A stretch of DNA of 64,000 nucleotides, from the IMG/VR virus record IMGVR_UViG_3300029288_001928, positions 32,001 through 96,000 of that record. One strand, given 5' to 3'. The notes under the pieces were generated by a model that did not search any database, was not told where the DNA came from, and saw only the letters and a list, made by a program, of their open reading frames with translations. Each line of letters starts with the position of its first letter. The first letter of the stretch is position 1. This stretch comes from a virus (taxonomy: Duplodnaviria > Caudoviricetes). Shown one piece after another: positions 31,848 through 38,529 of the stretch. The translations under genes were made by a program, and so were the position numbers.

Positions 31848-31942
31848 GGAAACGAGTTAGATATCGGTTCGCTAAAACGATTTGCTAAATCGTGTGTCGT
31901 TCAAAAAAGATCGGCATGGGAGTTCGACTCTCCCCGTTTCCG
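31848..31942 (+). tRNA. tRNA-Ser(GCT)
   Basis: acgat-ttGCTaa-atcgt, long variable arm. Confidence 0.85.
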
Positions 31943-31949
31943 CTTATAT

Positions 31950-32035
31950 GGAGAGTGATCTATACGGCGGTCTGTAGAACCGTTGCTTTTAATATGTATA
32001 GCGGCTAGCGATGGGTTCAACTCCTACACTCTCCA
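31950..32035 (+). tRNA. tRNA-Tyr(GTA) lacking a D-arm, 8/4-like (possibly a pseudogene)
   Basis: ggagagtg/cactctcc; gcggt-ctGTAga-accgt; only about 9 nt where the D-arm should be. Confidence 0.6.
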
Positions 32036-32042
32036 ATTTTAT

Positions 32043-32120
32043 GGGACAGCATGACCAAGGAAGGGCGAACTATTATGAATTACTTAATAGTTGTGTCGGG
32101 TTCGATCCCCGACTGTTCCA
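32043..32120 (+). tRNA. tRNA-like RNA with Ala identity (G3:U70) and no canonical anticodon loop
   Basis: gggacag/ctgttcc-a; intact T-arm; 7-bp anticodon stem with a 9-nt loop. Confidence 0.55.
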
Positions 32121-32126
32121 ATATAC

Positions 32127-32205
32127 GGAAGTGAGGCCGAAGTATCCGAGGGGCCGGTCTTTTAAACCGGACGATTAGTGAGTGAAAGACTCACCACTTC
32201 CACCA
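32127..32205 (+). tRNA. tRNA-Lys(TTT), atypical T-loop, encoded CCA
   Basis: ccggt-ctTTTaa-accgg. Confidence 0.8.
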
Positions 32206-32210
32206 TTTAT

Positions 32211-32282
32211 AGCCCTGTAGTGTTAATGGGAGCACATTTGATTGTTACTCAAAAAGTGGGGGTCCGAATCCCTCTGGGGCTG
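32211..32282 (+). tRNA. tRNA-Asn(GTT)
   Basis: tttga-ttGTTac-tcaaa. Confidence 0.75.
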
Positions 32283-32288
32283 TTACAC

Positions 32289-32362
32289 AGGAATGAAGCA
32301 AAACTGGATTATGCACCAATTTCTTAAATTGGGGAAAGTGGGTTCGACTCCCACCATTCCTA
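32289..32362 (+). tRNA. tRNA-Lys(CTT)
   Basis: ccaat-ttCTTaa-attgg. Confidence 0.8.
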
Positions 32363-32395
32363 TTATATACACTTGCAGAGTTAGATAAAGTATAA

Positions 32396-33661
32396 CTAAA
32401 TATTACTTTTATCTTGATTCTTGGTGAGTGGGACTCTAAACTCCACTCTGTTAAGATCAAAGAAACCAGATTCTAACCAGTAGAATCCTTTTCGGTTCCT
32501 TTGTTCTCTACGCAATTCCCAAGGAATGTCCGGTAATTCTATTTCATGATTGAGTGCAGCATTAAGATCAGAATCAATCTCACTTCCACATTCTTTACAT
32601 TTGTATAGTTTACTTTTTCTTTGTGACTTACGCACCATTCCGCAACATGAACATCTTTGACTACGATAAGTACAACTTTGCTCTTTGACATGGACCCCAT
32701 GTAATTCGCAAGTTGATAGTAACTTATCTCTGATCAAAGTGTTCGTCCAATGAGACATTAACCTTGAAGTTTTTGACTTAAAGTTAATGTTCCAAACTTT
32801 CTCTAAATTTACTTGTTTTACTTCACTTAAATTTAATCTATTAATTGACCAATTAATAAAATTCTTTCTTTCTTGTTGTTTCTTTTGGAATCTCTTACTT
32901 CCTTTTTTACATTTACTCAAACTTAACATTATAGAATCAAGTGACTTACCATGAAGATTAGTTTTTGGTGGGACAATTCCATTTGAAAGAGTAACTACAT
33001 CTTTCTTACCTTGGTCACAACCAACCACAATTCCATTTTGTTTCTTTTCTACTTTAGTTTCCCAACGAAAGTTTATCCAGTTTTCATTAAGTAAGAACGA
33101 ATTCTTAAGTTCCCAATCTTTATATTTTTTATTATGTTTATGTAATTTTACTGGTAATTTTATAAACCCATAATCTTTACCAATGGACTTTAATCTTACG
33201 AAGTAATTAAATTCACCTTCTACCTTTTCAATGTCAACACATTTAGAACTTAATTCTGGATTGAGTTTACTTATATCTGGTTTTTGTGGTTTATTTTGTT
33301 CTATTTTCTTTTCTAATTGTGAATTTGGTGTTTTCTCCCACTGATACAATCTCTTTCTTTGCTTTTCAACCGAGGCACCTATAATCCCACAAAGTTGTGT
33401 AACAAGTGAACTTAATGCTCTTGCTGATAAGTTTGTCTTTATATCAAATGAGTTATAATCAATGAATTTTGGATGATCTAATTTATTCTCATTAACATTA
33501 AATTCATAATTTTTATTTTTAACTTCCCACTTGTATCCATTTTCCCATATTTGATCAAGAATCAAACCACTTACTCTACGATATTCACTAATAAACTCTT
33601 GAAGTTTATTCAACTTATTAGTATTACTGAATTTAAGAGTATGGTTAGTCGTTCTGATCAT
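32396..33661 (-). CDS. tnpB: TnpB/Cas12f-like RNA-guided nuclease
   Basis: RuvC-I VGCDQG, RuvC-II NLE, Zn finger CSCCG..CKECG, RuvC-III DSDLNAALN. Confidence 0.9.
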   Translation of the reverse strand: MIRTTNHTLKFSNTNKLNKLQEFISEYRRVSGLILDQIWENGYKWEVKNKNYEFNVNENKLDHPKFIDYNSFDIKTNLSARALSSLVTQLCGIIGASVEKQRKRLYQWEKTPNSQLEKKIEQNKPQKPDISKLNPELSSKCVDIEKVEGEFNYFVRLKSIGKDYGFIKLPVKLHKHNKKYKDWELKNSFLLNENWINFRWETKVEKKQNGIVVGCDQGKKDVVTLSNGIVPPKTNLHGKSLDSIMLSLSKCKKGSKRFQKKQQERKNFINWSINRLNLSEVKQVNLEKVWNINFKSKTSRLMSHWTNTLIRDKLLSTCELHGVHVKEQSCTYRSQRCSCCGMVRKSQRKSKLYKCKECGSEIDSDLNAALNHEIELPDIPWELRREQRNRKGFYWLESGFFDLNRVEFRVPLTKNQDKSNI

Positions 33662-33807
33662 TTTATTTCTACTTTAACCTCTTTACAATTTTTTCCAATA
33701 TACCTAAGATATTCACTAACAGAAACAAACCCAAATTTCTTGGCATTTTCTTCAATTAGTTTTTTATCTTCTTCATTAATTCTAATCATTATTTTTAAAT
33801 CTTTCAT
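33658..33807 (-). CDS. Ribbon-helix-helix (CopG-like) protein, 49 aa
   Basis: MKDLKIMIRINEEDKKLIEENAKKFGFVSVSEYLR; RBS GGGAG; stop overlaps the tnpB ATG. Confidence 0.7.
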   Translation of the reverse strand: MKDLKIMIRINEEDKKLIEENAKKFGFVSVSEYLRYIGKNCKEVKVEIK

Positions 33808-34017
33808 TTGTCTCCCATTCGCTTATACGTTTATTTATATCAAGAAATTATGATTTTGAAAATTATTTTTCTCTTGACTTAATTTGAGATCATTATATAA
33901 TAAAAAGTAACACTTAGTAAAGGATTATATGAAATGTTATTAGACGGTGGGAACGTCGGGAAATTTCCAAAATTTCTGTCTTTTAGTTGGTCCGATTCCA
34001 ACCAAGTGTGCTTTTAT

Positions 34018-34091
34018 ACCTCCATAGTTTAAGCGGTTTAAAACATAATCCTGTCACGATTAAGATAGGGGTTCAAATCCCCTTGGGGGTG
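34018..34091 (+). tRNA. tRNA-Asp(GTC)
   Basis: taatc-ctGTCac-gatta. Confidence 0.85.
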
Positions 34092-34092
34092 C

Positions 34093-34587
34093 TTATATAT
34101 TTGTAGGTATTTTAAAAAATTTAGATTTTGTCATACCACGATTATCCATATCAATCACAAGAACATTTTTAATAGTATTCAATAAATCAGATACTCTTAT
34201 AGGTTTGTATATAATAGCATCTGCACCAATACTTACAATTTTTTCGTATGGTATTTGTAATTCTGAAAGTGCCATTAGAATTACAGGAGTTTCATTTTGG
34301 GCCTGTCGAATACAGTCAATGAAATTTTCTGTTTGATTTTCTGGTAAAGTTGTATCCAAAAATATAATATCAAAATCTTTATGTTCGTCTAAAATATTTT
34401 TTAATGCTTTGTATGAATCTTCAACGATTGTTATTGTGCATGGAGAACAATATCTTTGAATTGTTTTTTCGACATATTTGCATAATACATCATTGTTATC
34501 AATTATTAAACAATTTAAGTTATTTTCGACAATTTTATGTCTTTCGGTTTTTTGATTATGATATTCTTTTGTATCTGTATTATCCAT
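34093..34587 (-). CDS. Single-domain response regulator (receiver)
   Basis: LIIDNN, FDIIFLD..LP, PVILM, GADAIIYKP. Confidence 0.8.
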   Translation of the reverse strand: MDNTDTKEYHNQKTERHKIVENNLNCLIIDNNDVLCKYVEKTIQRYCSPCTITIVEDSYKALKNILDEHKDFDIIFLDTTLPENQTENFIDCIRQAQNETPVILMALSELQIPYEKIVSIGADAIIYKPIRVSDLLNTIKNVLVIDMDNRGMTKSKFFKIPTNI

Positions 34588-34606
34588 AAAGGTATTTATA
34601 TTTTAA

Positions 34607-34680
34607 ACCCTCATCGTCCAATTGGTTTAAGACATTTGATTGTCGATCAAAAAATACGGGTTCAAATCCCGTTGGGGGTG
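34607..34680 (+). tRNA. tRNA-Asp(GTC)
   Basis: tttga-ttGTCga-tcaaa. Confidence 0.8.
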
Positions 34681-34687
34681 CTTTAAT

Positions 34688-34759
34688 GCTTCCGTAGTAT
34701 AAAGGATAGAACGATTGGCTACGGACCAGTAAATGCACGTTCGAATCGTGCCGGAAGCG
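34688..34759 (+). tRNA. tRNA-Arg(ACG)
   Basis: attgg-ctACGga-ccagt. Confidence 0.85.
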
Positions 34760-34766
34760 ATATTTT

Positions 34767-34837
34767 GCTGGATTCGTATAGTGGCAATACTGCTGTTTCG
34801 TACTCAGCAAACGGGTGTTCGATTCATCCATCCAGCA
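34767..34837 (+). tRNA. tRNA-Thr(CGT)
   Basis: gctgt-ttCGTac-tcagc. Confidence 0.75.
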
Positions 34838-34841
34838 TAAT

Positions 34842-34938
34842 GGTGCTTTGTCAGAGTGGACGATTGAGATTGCTTGGAAAGCAGTTGGGCGGGGGCATAT
34901 ACCTCGTTCCGTGGGTTCGAATCCCACAGGCACCGCCA
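34842..34938 (+). tRNA. tRNA-Ser(GGA), encoded CCA
   Basis: attgc-ttGGAaa-gcagt, long variable arm. Confidence 0.9.
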
Positions 34939-34992
34939 GTTTTTTCTTGATCTTGATTTTAAACTCGTTAAAATATAGTCAGGAGATTTGTT

Positions 34993-35511
34993 ATGGGATA
35001 TCTTAATGATAAATCAGTTTATTTATGTGGTGCTATGCAAATGACATCAGATGATGGAATTGGTTGGAGAGATTATATAACCCCTACTCTAAAAAAATAT
35101 GGATTAAATATTTCAGACCCAACAAGAAAACAATGTCATAGCGCACAAGAAATAGGAGATAATAAAGAACTATTTAAATCATTAAGACTAAAACAGGATT
35201 TTAAACAACTTAAAAAAGTATTTATGCCTGTTGCAAGATGGGATCTACGATCTGTAGATAAAGCAGACTTCCTAATTGTAGCATATGATCCATGTATTCC
35301 TACTGTCGGGACAATTGATGAAATAGTTATAGCTAATATGCAACGTAAACCAATCCTAATGAAATATGATCCAAAGAAAATGGAACAATTTAGTTCTTGG
35401 ATGGTTGTAAGAATTGAACCGGAACATATGTTTCCAACATGGAAAAAGATGTTTAAATATCTTGACTCAATAGATAAAGGAAATATAGATCCTGATTATT
35501 GGACATTATAA
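34993..35511 (+). CDS. Nucleoside 2-deoxyribosyltransferase-like protein
   Basis: VYLCGAM...WR...DP...DLRSVDKADFLI...GTIDE. Confidence 0.75.
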   Translation: MGYLNDKSVYLCGAMQMTSDDGIGWRDYITPTLKKYGLNISDPTRKQCHSAQEIGDNKELFKSLRLKQDFKQLKKVFMPVARWDLRSVDKADFLIVAYDPCIPTVGTIDEIVIANMQRKPILMKYDPKKMEQFSSWMVVRIEPEHMFPTWKKMFKYLDSIDKGNIDPDYWTL

Positions 35512-35512
35512 T

Positions 35513-35602
35513 GGAAGCGCAATCAGATTGGCGACTGAACTTCTTTCGAAAAGAAGCGAGCGAAATATATTAGCCTTGGGGGTTCGACTCCCTCCGCTTC
35601 CG
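35513..35602 (+). tRNA. tRNA-Ser(CGA)
   Basis: cttct-ttCGAaa-agaag. Confidence 0.85.
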
Positions 35603-35608
35603 ATATAC

Positions 35609-35679
35609 GCTGGATTAGTAAAGTGGTATTACAATTGTTTTGTACTCAATAGGCGTGGGTTCGATTCCTGCATCCAGCA
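35609..35679 (+). tRNA. tRNA-Thr(TGT)
   Basis: attgt-ttTGTac-tcaat. Confidence 0.8.
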
Positions 35680-35687
35680 TACAATAT

Positions 35688-35764
35688 GGGCACGTAGTTT
35701 AACGGTATTAGAATTTTTCTCTGATAAAGAAAAGACGAAGGTCCGACTCCTTCCGTGCCTACCA
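35688..35764 (+). tRNA. tRNA-Ile(GAT), encoded CCA
   Basis: tttct-ctGATaa-agaaa. Confidence 0.85.
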
Positions 35765-35778
35765 CTATAAATATTAAT

Positions 35779-36024
35779 ATGATTAATTACACGGTATATT
35801 TATTGAAAAACAAAATAAAAACAAAATATAGATGTAAACAAGTTTATATTGTCGCAAATAGTAAAAATGAATTGAGTTTAAAAATATATAAACTAATTAA
35901 AGATAGTAAAGATCTGTATTATGGAACAATATTCTTCGAATATCCATATTACTACGTAACAGATAAATATGGAAAATTATTAGTTAAAACAGAAACAAAT
36001 ATAGAACCAATGATTGTAAACTAA
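35779..36024 (+). CDS. Hypothetical protein
   Basis: ATG just after the late promoter at 35766. Confidence 0.4.
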   Translation: MINYTVYLLKNKIKTKYRCKQVYIVANSKNELSLKIYKLIKDSKDLYYGTIFFEYPYYYVTDKYGKLLVKTETNIEPMIVN

Positions 36025-36099
36025 TCCCTTGTGTAGCTCACCGGAAGAGCAGTTGGTTGAAGCCCAACGTGAAAGGAGTTCGACTCTCCTCCAAGGGAC
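36025..36099 (+). tRNA. tRNA-Phe(GAA)
   Basis: gttgg-ttGAAgc-ccaac. Confidence 0.8.
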
Positions 36100-36133
36100 T
36101 TAATATAAATATATGTGTAGTAAAGGAATAATT

Positions 36134-36604
36134 ATGAATGTCGCATTCGATTTTGATATGACTCTCATGTTTCCCGTTAATATAATAAATAGAGATGATC
36201 CAGAAATAGGATCTCCTAATATTGAATTTGTAAATAAATGTAAAAACCATATAAAAAATAAAGATACTGTATTTATTATAACTTCTAGAAAATTTTCAGA
36301 TCTTAGTATAAAACAAATAAATAAATTTTTATCACATAATAATATCAATATTTCAAATACTAATATTTTCCACACAGATGGAAAAATGAGCAAAGCAGAA
36401 TATAGTATAAAAAATAATCTTGATATTTCTATATTATATGATGACGATGGTTTAGAATTGGTAGAAGCAAAAAAATTAAATATTATTCCAATAAATTCAT
36501 TTAATAACGACGCAAAAAACGCTTTTAATAAATTTTATGAAATTGAAGAATCTAAAAAGAAAATTAATAATTTTAAAACATTTTTTAATACTACAAAAGT
36601 TTAA
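36134..36604 (+). CDS. HAD-superfamily phosphatase-like protein
   Basis: VAFDFDMTL, IITSR, K, LYDDD; probable start 36134 after AAGGA. Confidence 0.65.
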   Translation: MNVAFDFDMTLMFPVNIINRDDPEIGSPNIEFVNKCKNHIKNKDTVFIITSRKFSDLSIKQINKFLSHNNINISNTNIFHTDGKMSKAEYSIKNNLDISILYDDDGLELVEAKKLNIIPINSFNNDAKNAFNKFYEIEESKKKINNFKTFFNTTKV

Positions 36605-36607
36605 AAT

Positions 36608-36700
36608 GGAAGGTATTGCCTGTCGGGACAGGATGTTGTCTTGAAAACAAGAAGGGGCGGCACAACCGTCCCTACAGTTCAACTCTGTTGCCTTCCTCCA
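36608..36700 (+). tRNA. tRNA-Ser(TGA), 8/4 fold, encoded CCA
   Basis: ggaaggta/tgccttcc (8 bp), T-stem acag/ctgt (4 bp), ttgt-ctTGAaa-acaa. Confidence 0.8.
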
Positions 36701-36921
36701 AAAAATTGTATTTGACTTTCAATTATCTCTATATATAATATAGATGTATTTGATAACTATATATTGCGGATATAATTCTGTACCCCCTAAGCTTAATTTT
36801 AGTAGAAATACTAAAATGCTAAAACCAGTCAGTAGAAATTCCTCTACGAATTTAAGTGCGGTCTCTAAACATGACGATGGCACAAATGGGGTTTATTGGC
36901 CTCATAAGGTGAGGCACCTTT

Positions 36922-36995
36922 CAGTGTGTGGCGAAACTTGGCATCGCGTTTGGTTTGGGTCCAAAAGATTGGAGGTTCAAATCCTCTCACACTGA
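36922..36995 (+). tRNA. tRNA-Pro(TGG)
   Basis: tttgg-ttTGGgt-ccaaa. Confidence 0.85.
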
Positions 36996-37109
36996 TAATA
37001 AACGCTGGTAGTATCTACTACTAGAGGGCAAGACCGTAAGCAGGTCGGAAACCAACGAAGTGCGGTCGGATTAAGTGCGGTGTGGGGGCAACTTAATCTT
37101 TCAATTTTT

Positions 37110-37179
37110 TGGGGAATGCTAGAATGTTTACATCTTTTTTGTCAAAAGAACCAATTAGACATTCTAATTTTTGTCTCCA
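37110..37179 (+). ncRNA. Minimal Y RNA 3
   Basis: tggggAATGCtagaatgtttacatc...tagacattctaatttttgtctcca. Confidence 0.7.
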
Positions 37180-37186
37180 TTTTCCT

Positions 37187-37259
37187 GGCCATGTGGTGAA
37201 AAGGCTTATCACGTTTTCCTCATAAGAAAAAATTTCTGGTTCGATTCCAGATATGGCCA
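37187..37259 (+). tRNA. tRNA with anticodon CAT (Met or Ile2)
   Basis: ttttc-ctCATaa-gaaaa. Confidence 0.8.
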
Positions 37260-37260
37260 T

Positions 37261-37400
37261 GTAGCGAATGCTAGTGAGGTTTACATCGAATGTTAATCGG
37301 CTGGTCGTAGGTTCGAATCCTACCAATAATAACGAAAGTTATTGTTGTAGCTCAGTTGGTAGAGCAGCAAAAAAATAGACTTCACAATTTTTGTCGCTAC
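37261..37400 (+). ncRNA. Y RNA (YrlA-like) 4 with a permuted tRNA-like domain
   Basis: gtagcGAATGC...tttttgtcgctac; T-arm gtagg-ttcgaat-cctac, closed acceptor with a GAAA loop, D-arm tagctcagttggtagagc. Confidence 0.85.
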
Positions 37401-37408
37401 TTTTTTAC

Positions 37409-37482
37409 GGGTGCGTAGACCAACTGGCAGAGTCTTATCGCTTAGAACGATAAAAGTGGGGGTTCGAATCCCTCCGCACCTA
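37409..37482 (+). tRNA. tRNA-Leu(TAG), short variable loop
   Basis: tatcg-ctTAGaa-cgata. Confidence 0.8.
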
Positions 37483-37485
37483 TAT

Positions 37486-37563
37486 GTCGGATGACATTAT
37501 CCAAGTGGACTTGGAGGCTGTCTGCAAAATAGTCCGTTATTGGTTCGATTCCAACATCCGACT
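37486..37563 (+). tRNA. tRNA-Cys(GCA), 8/4 fold
   Basis: gtcggatg/catccgac-U73; T-stem ttgg/ccaa; gctgt-ctGCAaa-atagt. Confidence 0.75.
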
Positions 37564-37632
37564 TTATATTGACTATTGACAACCATTAAAACTATGTTAT
37601 AATATTATCATTGCAAAAAGGAGCAATTATTT

Positions 37633-37857
37633 ATGATTCGTGTAGATAGAAAGCCTAATGAACCAATTGATAAACTTCTTCGTCGCTTCAAAAAGCGGTG
37701 CGAAAAAGAAGATCTTATCAAAGATATGAAAAAAATAGAATACTATGAATCCGATAGCGTTCGTAGACGTAGAGCAAAAAGAAAATTAGAAAAACGTCTA
37801 GAAAAAGAAAAAACAGAAGGAACAAGTCCAAAAGAAGACTTCACTTTTTGGGAATGA
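37633..37857 (+). CDS. rpsU: Ribosomal protein bS21
   Basis: NEPIDKLLRRFKKRCEKE..IKDMKK.EYYE..SVRRRR. Confidence 0.9.
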   Translation: MIRVDRKPNEPIDKLLRRFKKRCEKEDLIKDMKKIEYYESDSVRRRRAKRKLEKRLEKEKTEGTSPKEDFTFWE

Positions 37858-37873
37858 AAATTCCCAAACATAT

Positions 37874-38155
37874 TCCCAAGTAGCTCAATGGTCGAGCAAT
37901 CGGCTGTCGGTGGCAGCTTTTACTGGAAACAGTAATCGAAAATTCTCCAAATTAGGGGGACTCTTAACAGGTTATGCTGATGATTATCCCTAGCCAAGCA
38001 TGAGTGTAAAAACTCAAGGCGTGTGTAGAGACTAGAAGGAGAACACCTTTAAACTGGTGATGGTATAGTCCAGACCACAAACTTACATTAGGTAGCGAAA
38101 GCTATAGTGGTATGTAACCGATAGGTTGTAGGTTCGAATCCTACCTTGGGAGCCA
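37874..38155 (+). tRNA. tRNA-Asn(GTT) with a group I intron (exons 37874-37907 and 38115-38155)
   Basis: Joined exons give atcgg-ctGT|Taa-ccgat, tcccaag/cttggga, encoded CCA. Confidence 0.9.
37908..38114 (+). other. Group I intron, 207 nt, no ORF
   Basis: P1 gctgt/gcagc with U.G at the splice site; R element gtagagacta; S element ggtatagtcc; terminal G. Confidence 0.88.
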
Positions 38156-38201
38156 ACGAGAAGTTTGATGGTTTTACTCAAAAACAAAAATCATCATTTA
38201 T

Positions 38202-38274
38202 GCGAGATAGGTGTTTAAAGATACATATCTGGTTTCCACCCAGAAGTAGTTGGGGGCGTTACCCACATCTCGCT
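38202..38274 (+). tRNA. tRNA-Gly(TCC), atypical T-loop
   Basis: tctgg-ttTCCac-ccaga; gcgagat/atctcgc-U. Confidence 0.75.
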
Positions 38275-38276
38275 TT

Positions 38277-38340
38277 TAGCACAAATGCTATTGAGTTTAC
38301 ACCTGTTAAATGTAAAAACTCAGTTATTTTTGTTGTGCTA
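38277..38340 (+). ncRNA. Minimal Y RNA 5 (divergent)
   Basis: tagcacAAATGCtattgagtttacacc...aaactcagttatttttgttgtgcta. Confidence 0.6.
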
Positions 38341-38347
38341 TTTTCAT

Positions 38348-38420
38348 GCCGCTATAGCTCAATTGGCAGAGCAATTATTTTGTAAATAATAGGTTCCAGA
38401 TTCGAATTCTGGTGGTGGCA
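38348..38420 (+). tRNA. tRNA-Thr(TGT)
   Basis: attat-ttTGTaa-ataat. Confidence 0.85.
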
Positions 38421-38427
38421 TACTTAC

Positions 38428-38501
38428 TGGCCTGTAGTTTAACTGGTTAAAACGTCAGACTTTGAATCTGAATAGTGGGTGTTCGACTCGCCCCAGGCCA
38501 A
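38428..38501 (+). tRNA. tRNA-Gln(TTG)
   Basis: tcaga-ctTTGaa-tctga. Confidence 0.85.
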
Positions 38502-38529
38502 TATAAATATAATCTTTACAAGGGATTAT

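Larger units (their letters stand above)
32380..33944 (-). mobile_element. Non-autonomous TnpB element (IS607/IS200-IS605 superfamily)
   Basis: tnpB plus an RHH gene, no transposase; AGA shared at both junctions. Confidence 0.7.
32369..34010 (+). pseudogene. tRNA-Trp(CCA) split by a TnpB element (32369-32379 plus 33945-34010)
   Basis: acacttg (32369) pairs with caagtgt (34003); the joined sequence gives D-arm gacg/cgtc, gaaat-ttCCAaa-atttc and a T-arm. Confidence 0.75.

Noticed and set aside
37028-37067. SRP RNA or c-di-GMP riboswitch
   Set aside because: Only partial resemblance; the conserved loops are missing. Kept as an unknown structured RNA.
38156-38200. Possible sixth Y RNA (tgatggtttt/aaaatcatca hairpin)
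   Set aside because: Similar inner stem, but it lacks the AATGC and TTTTGTC motifs and a closing helix.
34580-38385. Short ORFs such as 34580-34933, 34765-34950, 35528-35770, 36744-36995, 37093-37326 and 38146-38385
   Set aside because: They overlap tRNA or ncRNA genes; spurious.
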